Shown: positions 1-10,529 of the stretch, in pieces
Layout of the letters: each line of letters starts with the position of its first letter
How positions within the stretch are numbered: the first letter of the stretch is position 1
Source: Microvirga sp.
GTDB taxonomy: Bacteria; Pseudomonadota; Alphaproteobacteria; Rhizobiales; Beijerinckiaceae
Assembly: GCA_035944695.1 (NCBI GenBank)
Contig: DASZBB010000160.1
Location: 1-62,650 of the forward strand
Reading direction: 5' to 3'
Length of the DNA stretch: 62,650 bases
Made by a program: the position numbers and the translations under genes
The notes under the pieces: generated by a model
Seen by the model: only the letters and a program-made list of their open reading frames with translations
What the model was told of the DNA's origin: nothing
Database searches by the model: none

Positions 1-214
1 GGAGATAGATCCGCTCCTCGGTCTCGCCGCTGGCGCGGGCGTCCTTGGTGTGCATGTGGATGCAATAGGCGCAGCCGTTGATCTGCGAGGCGCGGATCTT
101 CACCAGCTCGAACAGGCTGTGCTCCAGACCGCTGTTCTTCAGGGTCTTTTCCAGCTCAATCATCGGCTTCAGGGAGCCGGGAGCGACGTCGAAGGGAATC
201 AACCGGGCTTTCAT
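1..214 (-). CDS. Carboxymuconolactone decarboxylase / AhpD-like protein (5' part; runs off window start)
   Basis: Manual translation from ATG at 214: MKARLIPFDVAPGSLKPMIELEKTLKNSGLEHSLFELVKIRASQINGCAYCIHMHTKDARASGETEERIYL; contains the typical RASQINGCxxC..H motif. Not in the ORF track because it is truncated. Confidence 0.9.
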   Translation of the reverse strand, partial: MKARLIPFDVAPGSLKPMIELEKTLKNSGLEHSLFELVKIRASQINGCAYCIHMHTKDARASGETEERIYL

Positions 215-253
215 CGTCTTGGTCCTCATGTGTCGTGTTGCTGACGATGGTAA

Positions 254-280
254 GACGAGACGGGAATGCCCGATGTGACA
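254..280 (-). promoter_or_regulatory. ECF41 (SigJ-type) promoter
   Basis: Minus strand TGTCACA-N16-CGTC, the ECF41 consensus, directly upstream of a CMD-family gene, the usual ECF41 target class. Confidence 0.8.
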
Positions 281-298
281 TGCAGCCCGAAAATTCTT

Positions 299-529
299 CT
301 AAAAATCGCTCGCCAAGCCCTTCACCTCCCAATCCTCGTAGCGGACGGGCTCGAGGCCGCCGCGGCCCTGCAGCTCCTTCTGCTTGGCGATCTCGGCCGC
401 CCGGGCGTCGATCTCGAGGCGGCGCTGGGCCGCCTCCTCCAGGGCGCGCCGGGCGGCAGGAGACAGGGGCTTGCCGGGGGCTGCGCCCTCAACGGGGCTT
501 GCCGGGGGAGTGTTGTCGTTCGTGCTCAT
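299..529 (-). CDS. DUF1674 / succinate dehydrogenase assembly factor 4-like protein
   Basis: C-terminal GRGGLEPVRYEDWEVKGLASDF signature; start moved to MSTNDN (ATG at 529). Confidence 0.85.
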   Translation of the reverse strand: MSTNDNTPPASPVEGAAPGKPLSPAARRALEEAAQRRLEIDARAAEIAKQKELQGRGGLEPVRYEDWEVKGLASDF

Positions 530-568
530 GAGGTGCCTTATGCCAGAGGCTCGCTCCTCTTGGGAGGT

Positions 569-597
569 CTTGGGAGGGAGCTGGACCGTTCCCACAT
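569..597 (+). promoter_or_regulatory. Putative RpoH (sigma32) promoter of htpX
   Basis: CTTG-N18-CCCACAT upstream of htpX; resembles the alphaproteobacterial RpoH consensus. Confidence 0.55.
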
Positions 598-644
598 AGA
601 GTCGGAACGGATGAATTGTCGTTGACCACGAGGTGGAGACCCCG

Positions 645-1580
645 ATGAACACCGTCAAGACCGGAATGCTGCTGGCAGGCCTGATGGCCCTGTTCGGCGT
701 CGTCGGCTATTTTCTCGGCGGCGGGACCGGCATGATGATCGCGTTGGGCTTCGGCCTCGCGACCAACATCTTTGCCTATTGGAACTCGGACCGGCTGGCG
801 CTCGCCGCCCATCATGCCGTCGAGGTGGACGAACGCACCGCGCCGGAACTCGTCCACATGGTGCGCGACCTGGCAGGGCGCGCCGGCCTGCCGATGCCGC
901 GGGTCTATCTCATCGACAATCCGCAGCCCAATGCGTTCGCCACCGGCCGTAACCCGGAGAACGCGGCGGTCGCGGCCACCACGGGCCTCCTCCACATGCT
1001 CTCCCATGACGAGGTGGCGGGCGTGATGGCGCACGAGCTCGCCCACATCAAGAACCGCGATACGCTCATCATGACCGTGAGCGCGACCATCGCGGGCGCC
1101 ATCGCGACGCTGGCCCAGTTCGGCTTCCTGTTCGGCGGGCGCGACGAGCGGCCGAACCCCATCGTGATGCTGGCGACCGCGCTGCTGGCGCCGATCGCCG
1201 CGATGATCATCCAGATGGCGATCAGCCGCTCGCGGGAATACGACGCCGACCGGATGGGCGCGCAGATCTGCGGCCAGCCGCTGGCGCTCGCCTCGGCATT
1301 GGCCCGCATTGCGGGCGGCGTGGCGCAGATTCCCAACCCCGATGCGGAGCGCCGGCCGGCCACCGCCTCGCTCTTCATCATCAACCCGCTCTCGGGCCGG
1401 GGCGTGGACAACCTGTTCTCGACCCATCCCGCGACGGAAAACCGGATTGCGGCCCTGCACGCTTTGGCGCAGGAGATGGGAGCGCCGGCGCAGCAGCCCG
1501 GCTTCTTCACGCAGAACTCATCGAGCCCCTGGGGCTCGGTCACGGGCCCGACCGGCACCCGCCGCGGGCCTTGGGGATGA
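645..1580 (+). CDS. htpX: Zinc metalloprotease HtpX
   Basis: [14 protein letters not shown] (HExxH), [10 protein letters not shown] and FSTHP motifs; GGAG RBS before ATG 645. Confidence 0.95.
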   Translation: MNTVKTGMLLAGLMALFGVVGYFLGGGTGMMIALGFGLATNIFAYWNSDRLALAAHHAVEVDERTAPELVHMVRDLAGRAGLPMPRVYLIDNPQPNAFATGRNPENAAVAATTGLLHMLSHDEVAGVMAHELAHIKNRDTLIMTVSATIAGAIATLAQFGFLFGGRDERPNPIVMLATALLAPIAAMIIQMAISRSREYDADRMGAQICGQPLALASALARIAGGVAQIPNPDAERRPATASLFIINPLSGRGVDNLFSTHPATENRIAALHALAQEMGAPAQQPGFFTQNSSSPWGSVTGPTGTRRGPWG

Positions 1581-1583
1581 ATT

Positions 1584-2897
1584 TTGGATCAATCGAACGA
1601 ACAGGCGGGGCTCGGACCCCGCCGCCTGGCCTGGACGGCGGTCACCGAGACCCTGAAGCGGCGCGTGCCCCTCGACGACGTGATGGAGGAGCTGGCCCGA
1701 GCGGAACAGCTTCCTGCACGCGACGAGGCGCTCGCCCGCGCCATTGCCATCGTGACCTTCCGGCGCCTCGGGACGCTCGGCCATGCCCTGCGCGAGAGGC
1801 TCAACAAGCCGCCCAAGGACGAGCGCCTGATGCACCTTCTGGCCATCGGGGCGGCGCAGATCCTGTTCCTCGACGTGCCCGACCATGCCGCCGTCGACAG
1901 CGCGGTCGCACTCGCCCAGAGCGATCCCAAGCTCCATCACGCGGGCGGCTTCATCAACGCGGTCCTGCGCCGCGTCGCCCGCGAGCGCGAGCAGATTCTT
2001 AGCGAGGACGATCCCTGGCTCGACACCCCCACCTGGCTGGAGGAGCGCTGGATCGCGCAATACGGCGAGCCGCTCGCCACCAAGATCGCCGAAGCGCACC
2101 GCTCCATGGCGTCCGTCGACCTGACGGTGAAGAGCGATCCGGCCGCCTGGGCCGATTGCCTGGGCGGCGTTCTCCTGCCCACCGGCAGCATCCGGTTGAA
2201 GGAACGCACGGCCATCCGCGAGCTTCCCGGCTTCGAGGAGGGCGAATGGTGGGTGCAGGATGCGGCCGCCGCCCTCCCCGCCCGCCTCCTGCAGGCGAAG
2301 CCCGGCGAGCGCATCGCGGATCTCTGTGCCGCGCCTGGAGGCAAGACTGCGCAGCTCGCGGCCGCGGGCGCCGAGGTGCTCGCCGTCGACCGTTCGGCCA
2401 AGCGGCTGGAGCGCCTGGAAGAAAATCTCGCCCGCCTGAACCTCAAGGCCGAGACCCGGGCGCTGGACGCGGAGAAGCTCGATGCTCCTCCCTTCGACGC
2501 CATCCTGCTCGATGCTCCCTGCTCGGCCACCGGCACCATCCGCCGCCACCCGGACGTGGCCTGGACCAAGAGCGAGGAGGACATCCGCAAGCTGTCCGGC
2601 CTGCAGGCGCGCCTGCTCGACAAGGCGGCAGGCCTCCTGAAGGCCGGTGGGCGGCTGGTCTATTGCACCTGCTCGCTGGAAGCCGAGGAAGGCGAGCGGC
2701 AGGCGGAAGCGTTCCTTGCCCGTCATCCGGACTTCACCCGCAGGCCGGTCACCTCCGACGAGATCGGCGGCCTGACCGAATGCATCACGCCGCAGGGCGA
2801 TCTGCGCACCCTGCCGAGCCACATGGCGCTGTCGGAACACGACCGCAGCGGTCTCGACGGCTTCTTTGTCGCACGATTTATGCACAAAGGATCGTGA
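1584..2897 (+). CDS. rsmB: RsmB/NOP family rRNA m5C methyltransferase with NusB-like N-terminus
   Basis: WWVQDAAA, DLCAAPGGKT, DAPCSATG, VYCTCS and DGFF motifs. Confidence 0.9.
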   Translation: MDQSNEQAGLGPRRLAWTAVTETLKRRVPLDDVMEELARAEQLPARDEALARAIAIVTFRRLGTLGHALRERLNKPPKDERLMHLLAIGAAQILFLDVPDHAAVDSAVALAQSDPKLHHAGGFINAVLRRVAREREQILSEDDPWLDTPTWLEERWIAQYGEPLATKIAEAHRSMASVDLTVKSDPAAWADCLGGVLLPTGSIRLKERTAIRELPGFEEGEWWVQDAAAALPARLLQAKPGERIADLCAAPGGKTAQLAAAGAEVLAVDRSAKRLERLEENLARLNLKAETRALDAEKLDAPPFDAILLDAPCSATGTIRRHPDVAWTKSEEDIRKLSGLQARLLDKAAGLLKAGGRLVYCTCSLEAEEGERQAEAFLARHPDFTRRPVTSDEIGGLTECITPQGDLRTLPSHMALSEHDRSGLDGFFVARFMHKGS

Positions 2898-2975
2898 ACA
2901 CGGTGAACGATCTCTTACCTGTTGTTAACCAGTCAGCAGGAACTCCTCACCTAAGTTGGCTGTGATTCAAGCAGG

Positions 2976-4751
2976 ATGAGGGGAGCGCCACGGGTGGATT
3001 TCGGGCCGGATCGCTGGCGTCTGTACAGGCTTGCCGCTCGCGAGGCAGGCCGGGCCATGCGCGAAACCACGATCTGGAGCCTCTCCCGGCTGTCCAGCGC
3101 ACCTTTGCCCACGCGCCTGCTCTTCGCGCCGCAGGATCTGCGCACGGCCGATCCCACCATTGCGACCGACATCTATTCCGGCTTCTTCGCCTTTTCCGGC
3201 CGCGCCATCACCACCGGCGGACGCTCGCCCTTCGCGTTCACGCCCCCGAGCCGCGCCTGGGCCGAGGCGCTCTACGGCTTCGGCTGGCTGCGGCACCTGC
3301 GGGCCGCCGGCACGGCGCTCGCCCAGGCCAATGCCCGCTCCCTGGTGGACGAATTCGTCACCTCCAAGCTCGGCGACAAGCGAATCGCCTGCAGCCCTGA
3401 GATCACGGCGCGCCGGCTCATGTCCTTCATCAGCCAGTCGCCCCTGATCCTGGAAGGCGCCGACCATGCCTTCTACCAGCGCTTCCTGAAGATCATCGGC
3501 CAGCATGTCCGCACCCTGGAGCGCCAGGTCCGCTCCGGCGCCCTGCCCTACCAGCAGCTCATGGCCGGCATCGCGCTCTGCTATGCGGGCCTCTGCTGCG
3601 AAGGCCTCGACCGGAATCTGAGGCGCGCGAGCCGCCTGCTCGCCCGCGAGCTCGAAAGGCAGATCCTGGCCGACGGCGGCCATGCGAGCCGCAACCCGCG
3701 CATCGTCGTCGACCTCCTGTTCGATCTTCTGCCCCTGCGCCAGATGTTCGCCAGCCGCGAGGTCGACACGCCCGACGCCCTGCTCCACGCGGTCGACCGC
3801 ATGCTGCCGATGGTGCGCCTGTTCCGGCACGGGGACGGCACGCTCTCCCATTTCAACGGCATGGGCGTGACGGCGGCCGATCATCTGGCGACGCTGCTCA
3901 CCTACGACGACATGCGCAGCCAGCCGATCCACCATGCGCCCCATTCCGGCTACGAGCGGCTGGAGGCCGGGCGCACGCTGCTCGTCGCCGATGTGGGCGC
4001 GCCGCCGCCGCGGCCCCTGTCCCAGGATGCGGCGGCCGGCTGCCTGTCCTTCGAGTTCTCGAGCGCCGCGCAGCGCATCGTGGTCAATTGCGGCACGCCC
4101 ACCATCGCAGGTCCCGCCATCATCCAGGCCGCCCGCTCGACGGTGGCGCATTCCACCGCCTCCATCGACGACGTCTCGTCCTGCCAGATCGTCGACAAGA
4201 AAGGGAACTGGCTGCAGCGCCGGATCTCCGCCTGGGTCCTGCGTCGCGTCGGACCGGTGGTCATCAGCGCGCCGGAGCGGGTGACGGCGGAGCGCAGCGA
4301 ACGCGAGCATGCCCAGCTCTTGAGTGCCAGCCACGACGGATACAAGGCCCGCTTCGGCATCATCCATGAGCGGCGCTGGCAGCTCGCCCCGAAGGGCAAC
4401 GTGCTGGAGGGCGAGGACAGCTTCTTCAGCGACGGCGGCCGAGCCGGGACGGTGCAGGCCGTCATCCGCTTCCATCTGGCGCCCGGCATCAAGGCGAGCC
4501 GCGCACAGGGCGGACGCGTGGTGATGCTGGTTCTTCCCAACCGAGAGGCCTGGCAGTTCTCGGCCGTCCCGGTCGAGGCGGAACTCGAGGACAGCGTGTT
4601 TCTCGCCACCGCCGAGGGCATGCGCCGCACGGAGCAGATCGTGCTGACGATCCGCCCCAGCGAGACGCCCACCGTGCGCTGGCGCTTCGAGCGCCTGGCG
4701 CGCACGTTCAACCCCGGCGAGCCCCAGGATCAGGCGCCGGAGCTGATCTAG
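2976..4751 (+). CDS. Heparinase II/III family protein
   Basis: LYGFGWLRHL, QILADGGHASRNP, LSFEFSS..RIVVNCG and ASHDGY motifs; usual position between rsmB and purH. Confidence 0.85.
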   Translation: MRGAPRVDFGPDRWRLYRLAAREAGRAMRETTIWSLSRLSSAPLPTRLLFAPQDLRTADPTIATDIYSGFFAFSGRAITTGGRSPFAFTPPSRAWAEALYGFGWLRHLRAAGTALAQANARSLVDEFVTSKLGDKRIACSPEITARRLMSFISQSPLILEGADHAFYQRFLKIIGQHVRTLERQVRSGALPYQQLMAGIALCYAGLCCEGLDRNLRRASRLLARELERQILADGGHASRNPRIVVDLLFDLLPLRQMFASREVDTPDALLHAVDRMLPMVRLFRHGDGTLSHFNGMGVTAADHLATLLTYDDMRSQPIHHAPHSGYERLEAGRTLLVADVGAPPPRPLSQDAAAGCLSFEFSSAAQRIVVNCGTPTIAGPAIIQAARSTVAHSTASIDDVSSCQIVDKKGNWLQRRISAWVLRRVGPVVISAPERVTAERSEREHAQLLSASHDGYKARFGIIHERRWQLAPKGNVLEGEDSFFSDGGRAGTVQAVIRFHLAPGIKASRAQGGRVVMLVLPNREAWQFSAVPVEAELEDSVFLATAEGMRRTEQIVLTIRPSETPTVRWRFERLARTFNPGEPQDQAPELI

Positions 4752-4801
4752 CGCACCGTGCGGAAAAGTGGATCCGGTTTTCCGCGCTCCACGATGCGCT
4801 C
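4748..4801. repeat. RIME/Bru-RS-like palindromic repeat, half copy (family B)
   Basis: CTAGCGCACCGTGCGGAAAAGTGGATCCGGTTTTCCGCG...GATGCGCT; similar to the reverse complement of the right half of the 53256-53372 copy. Confidence 0.75.
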
Positions 4802-4817
4802 CTTATAGGAGGGAGCT

Positions 4818-5267
4818 TCACTCGTTCGCCTCGGGCGGCAGGAAGTCGACCGCGTGCTCGGCTGAGAGCTGCAGCACGCGCGGGATGTCGTTCAGGTCGT
4901 GCAGGGCATCGAACAGGGCCTCGAGCCTGCCCGCAGGCGAGACCCAGAACAGGGCGCGCGCCGGTGCGTCGGACTTGTTGAAATAGCCGTGCGGAACGCC
5001 CCGGGGCATGCGCACGAGGTCGCCTGCCTTCGCCTTGCTCCAGACCCCGTCGAGCTTCAGATCGAGCTCGCCTTCGAGCATCAGGATGAACTCGTCCTGC
5101 TCGGGATGGATGTGAACGGGCACGTATTGCCCGGGTTCGCTGTTGGTCTCGAAGGCGAAGGACGACGCGCAGGAAGCCTTCGGAAAATAGAGCTGGCCGA
5201 GGATGTTCCACGACTTGCCCCGGTAACCCTCACCGGCCCGCGTGATGCCCTTGTCCAGATCGCTCAT
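4818..5267 (-). CDS. Cupin domain protein
   Basis: From MSDLDKG: cupin motifs PVHIHPEQDEF and GDLVRMPRGVPHGY; GGAGGGAG RBS. Confidence 0.85.
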   Translation of the reverse strand: MSDLDKGITRAGEGYRGKSWNILGQLYFPKASCASSFAFETNSEPGQYVPVHIHPEQDEFILMLEGELDLKLDGVWSKAKAGDLVRMPRGVPHGYFNKSDAPARALFWVSPAGRLEALFDALHDLNDIPRVLQLSAEHAVDFLPPEANE

Positions 5268-5465
5268 GGCTCCCCTCCACGTCTGAGTTGCGCGCTTTTC
5301 GCAGGGCAGAATGGCGGGAGCGCCCTTTTGGGGAAAATGGTCATAAGAGGTAACAGCGAATCCGCGCGGGCGGCCATTCTCCGAAGGAGCACTGCCGCCG
5401 CGGCTCGTCGATCTGCTAGGATGGGCGGCGTTGCGTTCGGATCCCCTGCTGAATGGGAGCCAACC

Positions 5466-6284
5466 ATGTCTTCCAAGTTCCATGCGAAGAGCGCCGACGC
5501 CTACGAGCGGCTCATGGGCCGCTGGAGCCGGCTGCTGGCCGGGCCGTTCCTCGATTTCGCCGGCCTGGAGGCGGGCGAGCGGGTGCTCGACGTCGGCTGC
5601 GGAACGGGCAGCCTGACCTTCACCCTTCCCCAGGTCGCCGATATCGGCCGCATTGACGGAATCGATTATTCCGAGACCTATGTGGAGGCCGCCCGGGCGC
5701 GGAACACCGATCCCCGGATCACCATCGCGCGCGGGGATGCGTGCACGCTTCCGTTCGAGGATCGCACGTTCGACCGGGCCCTGGCCCTGCTCGTGCTGCA
5801 CTTCATTCCGGAATCGGATCAGGCTCTGCGCGAGATGGCCCGCGTGACCCGACCGGGCGGAGTTGTGGCCGCCGCCGTCTGGGACAGCTATGGCGGCATG
5901 TCCTATCAGCGCATGTTCTGGGACACGGCTGCGGCACTGGATCCCTCCGCTGCGGCTGCGAGGCACGAGAGCTATTTCAAGCCGCTGACGCGGCCCGGCG
6001 AGATGCGGGCACTCTGGACCGGCATCGGCCTTGCCGACGTCACCGAGATCCCGCTGATGATCCGCATGGAGTTTCCGGATTTCGAGGATTTCTGGAGCCC
6101 CTACGCCGATGGCGAAGGACCGCTTGGGAAGTATGTGACCGGGCTCGACGAGGGCAGACGCACGGCCTTCCAGCATGCGTTGCGTGCATCTTACGAGGCG
6201 GGCGAGCCCGATGGCCCGCGCTCCTTCGCGGCCGTGGCCTGGGCCTGCCGCGGCGTAGTGCCCGAAGGATGGCATCGGGGCTGA
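5466..6284 (+). CDS. Class I SAM-dependent methyltransferase
   Basis: [23 protein letters not shown] and RVTRPGG motifs; start at MSSKFH. Confidence 0.9.
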   Translation: MSSKFHAKSADAYERLMGRWSRLLAGPFLDFAGLEAGERVLDVGCGTGSLTFTLPQVADIGRIDGIDYSETYVEAARARNTDPRITIARGDACTLPFEDRTFDRALALLVLHFIPESDQALREMARVTRPGGVVAAAVWDSYGGMSYQRMFWDTAAALDPSAAAARHESYFKPLTRPGEMRALWTGIGLADVTEIPLMIRMEFPDFEDFWSPYADGEGPLGKYVTGLDEGRRTAFQHALRASYEAGEPDGPRSFAAVAWACRGVVPEGWHRG

Positions 6285-6393
6285 GCGCGGCCATACCAGT
6301 CGGGCATCCATCCCCTGCGGCCGCAACAGGTTCCCATCCCTGGTCCGCCGTGGTATCGCGCCCGCAACTTTTTTCTTGAATGGAGCGGCCGTG

Positions 6394-7986
6394 ATGCCGA
6401 GCGACCTGAAGCGCGTGTCCCGCGCCCTGCTTTCCGTATCCGACAAGACGGGTCTCGTGGACTTCGCCCGCGCGCTCTCCGAGCGCGGCATCGAGCTGGT
6501 GTCCACCGGCGGCACGCACAAGGCGCTCAGCGAGGCGGGCCTGCCCGTGAAGGACGTGAGCGAGCTCACGCGGTACCCTGAGATGATGGACGGGCGCGTG
6601 AAGACGCTGCACCCGTCCGTCCATGGCGGGCTTCTCGGCATCCGCGAAAACCCCGAGCATCAGGCGGCCATGCTCGCCCACGGCATCCAGCCCATCGACC
6701 TCCTGGTGGTGAACCTCTACCCGTTCGAGGCGACAGTGGCGGCGGGCAAGCCCTATGACGACTGCATCGAGAACATCGACATCGGGGGACCGGCCATGAT
6801 CCGCGCGGCCGCCAAGAACCACGGCGACGTGGCCGTGGTGGTGGACAGCGCCGATTACGCCGCCGTCCTGGAGGATCTCGCCGGCAACGACGGCTCGGTC
6901 ACCTACGCCCTGCGCCGTCGTCTCGCCCAGAAGGCCTATGCCCGCACGGCTGCCTACGATGCGGCGATCTCCAACTGGTTCGCCGCCGAACTCGGCGAGG
7001 AGACCCCGCCCTTCCGGGCGCTCGGCGGCTCGATCGCAGAGGTGATGCGCTACGGCGAGAACCCGCACCAGAGCGCCGCCTTCTACCGCACGCCGGAGAG
7101 CCGGCCGGGCGTGGCCACCGCCCGCCAGGTGCAGGGCAAGCAGCTCTCCTACAACAACATCAACGACACCGACGCGGCCTACGAGGCCGTCGCGGAATTT
7201 GCCCCTGAGCGCTCTGCCGCCATCGTGATCGTCAAGCACGCCAACCCCTGCGGCGTGGCGGAAGGCACCTCCCTGCGCGAGGCTTACGAGAAGGCGCTTC
7301 GCTGCGATCCGGTCTCGGCCTTCGGGGGCATCGTGGCCATGAACCGGCCGCTCGACGCGGAGGCCGCCAAGGCCATCACCGAGATCTTCACCGAGGTGAT
7401 CATCGCGCCCGACGCCACCGAGGAGGCGATCGCCATCGTGGCGGCCAAGAAGAACCTGCGCCTGCTGCTCGCCGGCGGCCTGCCCGATCCGCGCCAGGAG
7501 GGCCTGACGCTGCGCACGGTGGCCGGCGGCTTCCTGGCGCAGAACCGGGACAACGCCGTGGTCGATGCCATGGACCTGAAGGTGGTGACGAAGCGCGCTC
7601 CGACCGAGCGGGAGCTGGAGGACCTGCGCTTCGCTTTCCGGGTCGCCAAGCACGTGAAGTCGAACGCCATCGTCTACGCCAGGGATCTCGCCACCGTGGG
7701 CATCGGCGCCGGCCAGATGAGCCGGGTCGATTCCTCCCGCATCGCCGCCTGGAAGGCCGCCGAGGCCGCAAAGGCCGCGGGACTCCCTGAGACCCTCGCC
7801 AAGGGCTCGGTGGTGGCCTCCGATGCCTTCTTCCCCTTCGCGGACGGCCTCCTCGCCGCCGCCGAGGCCGGCGCCACCGCGGTGATCCAGCCCGGCGGCT
7901 CCATGCGCGACGACGAGGTCATCAAGGCCGCCGATGAGGCGGGGCTCGCCATGGTGTTCACGGGACACCGGCATTTCCGGCATTGA
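6394..7986 (+). CDS. purH: Bifunctional AICAR transformylase / IMP cyclohydrolase
   Basis: [45 protein letters not shown] and RHFRH motifs. Confidence 0.98.
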   Translation: MPSDLKRVSRALLSVSDKTGLVDFARALSERGIELVSTGGTHKALSEAGLPVKDVSELTRYPEMMDGRVKTLHPSVHGGLLGIRENPEHQAAMLAHGIQPIDLLVVNLYPFEATVAAGKPYDDCIENIDIGGPAMIRAAAKNHGDVAVVVDSADYAAVLEDLAGNDGSVTYALRRRLAQKAYARTAAYDAAISNWFAAELGEETPPFRALGGSIAEVMRYGENPHQSAAFYRTPESRPGVATARQVQGKQLSYNNINDTDAAYEAVAEFAPERSAAIVIVKHANPCGVAEGTSLREAYEKALRCDPVSAFGGIVAMNRPLDAEAAKAITEIFTEVIIAPDATEEAIAIVAAKKNLRLLLAGGLPDPRQEGLTLRTVAGGFLAQNRDNAVVDAMDLKVVTKRAPTERELEDLRFAFRVAKHVKSNAIVYARDLATVGIGAGQMSRVDSSRIAAWKAAEAAKAAGLPETLAKGSVVASDAFFPFADGLLAAAEAGATAVIQPGGSMRDDEVIKAADEAGLAMVFTGHRHFRH

Positions 7987-8015
7987 CAGGATCGCGGATC
8001 GTCCCAGACATCCTC

Positions 8016-8105
8016 CGTCATGGCCGGGCTCGTCCCGGCCATCCCGATCTGAAAAGCTCGGCGCCTCATACAATCGAGATCACCGGCACGAGGCCGGTGA
8101 TGACG
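8016..8105. repeat. REP-like palindromic element (family A)
   Basis: CGTCATGGCCGGGCTCGTCCCGGCCATCCCGAT...GATCACCGGCACGAGGCCGGTGATGACG; related copies at 17032, 28749 and 42675. Confidence 0.85.
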
Positions 8106-8197
8106 TGAAGGTCTCTGCAGTCGCTCTCTCCCGACCATGAGGACGATGACAATTCTCCCCTCCCTTCCCATCTGAAGCGGAGCAGAAGGAGATTTCG

Positions 8198-8518
8198 ATG
8201 ATCATCACCACCACGCCGTCCATCGAGGGCCGCCGCATCGCTTCCTATCGCGGCATCGTCTCGGGCGAGGCCATTCTCGGCGCCAACGTGTTCCGCGACT
8301 TCTTCGCCTCCATCCGCGACGTGGTCGGCGGACGGGCCGGGTCCTACGAGCGTGTCCTGCGCGACGGGCGGGACACGGCTATCCAAGAGATGATCGAGGA
8401 GGCGCAACGCCTCGGCGCCCATGCCATCGTGGGCGTTCACCTCGATTACGGCGCCCTCGGCAAGAACGAGGGCATGATGATGGTGTCGGTCAGCGGCACT
8501 GCGGTGACGCTGGAGTGA
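8198..8518 (+). CDS. YbjQ / UPF0145 family protein
   Basis: [29 protein letters not shown]...GTAV signature. Confidence 0.9.
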   Translation: MIITTTPSIEGRRIASYRGIVSGEAILGANVFRDFFASIRDVVGGRAGSYERVLRDGRDTAIQEMIEEAQRLGAHAIVGVHLDYGALGKNEGMMMVSVSGTAVTLE

Positions 8519-8525
8519 GCAGCGC

Positions 8526-9875
8526 TCACACGCGCCTCACGCCGCTCAAGAGCCAGAACCCGACAAGCAGGAACAGGATCAGCACCGCCGGTCCTGCCGC
8601 CTGGGTTTGGAAGACCGTCGTTGCGACCGCAACGGCAAGTGGCGCGAGGAAGGACGTGACCTTGCCGGACAGGGCGAGCAGGCCGAAATAGCGCCCGGCC
8701 TCCCGCGACGGTACGAGCCGCGCCAGCAAGCTGCGCGAGGAAGCCTGCAACGGTCCGGCCACGGAGCCGATGACAAGGCCGAGCAGCACGAACATCTTTT
8801 CGGGCGCGGAGCCGTAGAGACCGTCGTCGGGCGCCGGGGGCGCCGCGGGCACCACGAAGAGGACATGATCGCGCCCGAGCGAGAGCACGCCGAGGCAGAC
8901 GAGGGCGAGGACGACGATCGCCCCGAGGATCACGGGCTTTGCGCCGATGCGGTCGTCGAGCCGCCCGCCGATCAGGGCACCGATCGTGCCCGTGATGGTG
9001 AGCAGGATGCCGAAGATGCCGAGCTCGATCGCCTGCCAGCCGAAGACGCCCGCCCCGTAGATGCCCCCGAAGGCGAAGAGCGCCACCAGAGCGTCCTGAT
9101 AGACCATGTTGGCGACGAGGAAGCGCCCGACGCTCTCGTGCCGACGGGCGTCCGCGATGGTGCTCCTCACCTGCTGAAGCCCTTTGCGCGCGGCCTCCTT
9201 CAGGCTCATCCCCGAGCGCGGCACATCGGGGGTGACGAGGAAGAGCGGCAGCACGAAGACGAGGAACCACAGGGCCGAGAACGGTCCCGTGACCCGGTCG
9301 CCTTCGCGGGTGGCCGGATCGAGGCCGAACAGCGGATCCAGGCCGAAGACCGTCTTCATCGTGACCGGGTCGGCGGCGAGGAAGCCCAGCACGACCACGA
9401 GCGACACCAGGCCGCCCAGATATCCCATGGCCCAGCCGGTGCCCGAGAGGCGGCCATAGCGCTCCGGCGGCACGAGATGCGGGATCATGGCGTTGTTGAA
9501 CACCGCCGCGACCTCCACGGCCACCGTACCAAAGGCGAATCCGATGAGAGCGACGGCGATCGCAAAGGGCTGTCCCGGCGCTGCGTACCACAGGGCGAAG
9601 GACGCCGTGAAAAGCACGAGGCCGCAGGATGTGATCCAGGGCTTCTTCGGCCCGGTCGCGTCGGCGATGGAGCCGAGGACCGGCGAGAGAATTGCGAGCA
9701 CGAGCCCCGCCGCCGCGGTCGCATAGCCCCACAGGCTCTGCCCGCTCACCGGATCGGGCGCGAGCGCCGAGGCGAAATAGGGCGCGAACACGAAGGTGGT
9801 GACGAGGGTGAAGAACGGCTGGCAGGCCCAGTCGAACAGGAGCCAGCCCAGAATGGCGGGGCGCGAAACGCTCAT
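8526..9875 (-). CDS. MFS transporter (UMF1/BtlA-like)
   Basis: GWLLFDWACQPF start motif and about 12 hydrophobic segments; start MSVSRPA overlaps the bluB stop. Confidence 0.85.
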   Translation of the reverse strand: MSVSRPAILGWLLFDWACQPFFTLVTTFVFAPYFASALAPDPVSGQSLWGYATAAAGLVLAILSPVLGSIADATGPKKPWITSCGLVLFTASFALWYAAPGQPFAIAVALIGFAFGTVAVEVAAVFNNAMIPHLVPPERYGRLSGTGWAMGYLGGLVSLVVVLGFLAADPVTMKTVFGLDPLFGLDPATREGDRVTGPFSALWFLVFVLPLFLVTPDVPRSGMSLKEAARKGLQQVRSTIADARRHESVGRFLVANMVYQDALVALFAFGGIYGAGVFGWQAIELGIFGILLTITGTIGALIGGRLDDRIGAKPVILGAIVVLALVCLGVLSLGRDHVLFVVPAAPPAPDDGLYGSAPEKMFVLLGLVIGSVAGPLQASSRSLLARLVPSREAGRYFGLLALSGKVTSFLAPLAVAVATTVFQTQAAGPAVLILFLLVGFWLLSGVRRV

Positions 9876-10525
9876 CGACGTTCCTTGAAGATGGAATCGA
9901 AAGGTAAGCGGTCCTGCCAGCCATGTCTCTGGAGTTCGGGATCGAGATGCGCTTCGACAGGATAACCGACGCACAGATACGCGATGAGCGTCCAAGCCGA
10001 TGGGGCGTCGAGTGCGTGCTTGACCTCCTCGGGATCCAGGATCGAGACCCAGCCGACCCCGAGGCCCTTGGCCCGCGCAGCCAGCCAGAACGATTGAACG
10101 GCGGCCACGACGGAATACCGCAGCATCTCCGGCATCGTGCGCCGTCCCAGACCATGCCCGTCCTGCGTCTGCTCATCGCAGAACACGGCCAGATGCACGG
10201 GGGCCTCCCTCAGCCCCTCGAGCTTGAGACGGGCATAAAGATTGGCCCTCTCCCCTTCATAAGCCTGAAGGGCCTCGGCGTTGCAGCGCGCGAAGCTCGC
10301 AACGACGGCTTCGCGCATGGCCGCGGAGGCCACATGGACGAAGCGCCAGGGCTGACTGTTGCCGACGGACGGCGACAGGGCAGCGATTTCGATCAGGGAA
10401 CGCAGCGCCGCATGATCGACCGGATCGGCACGGAAGCGCCGGACATCCCGGCGCCACCGCATCAACTCGGACAATTGGACCTGAAACGCATGATGGAACT
10501 GCGCTTCCCCAGTCTGCCTCGACAA
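9872..10525 (-). CDS. bluB: 5,6-dimethylbenzimidazole synthase
   Basis: RRDVRRF, SPSVGNSQPWRF, LKLEGLREAP, LGRRTMPEM and GVGWVSI motifs. Confidence 0.92.
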   Translation of the reverse strand: MSRQTGEAQFHHAFQVQLSELMRWRRDVRRFRADPVDHAALRSLIEIAALSPSVGNSQPWRFVHVASAAMREAVVASFARCNAEALQAYEGERANLYARLKLEGLREAPVHLAVFCDEQTQDGHGLGRRTMPEMLRYSVVAAVQSFWLAARAKGLGVGWVSILDPEEVKHALDAPSAWTLIAYLCVGYPVEAHLDPELQRHGWQDRLPFDSIFKERR

Positions 10526-10529
10526 GGCC

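Noticed and set aside
5268-6641. 607-aa ORF fusing upstream sequence to the cupin
   Set aside because: Only the last ~149 aa form the cupin; the rest is antisense to the methyltransferase and purH.
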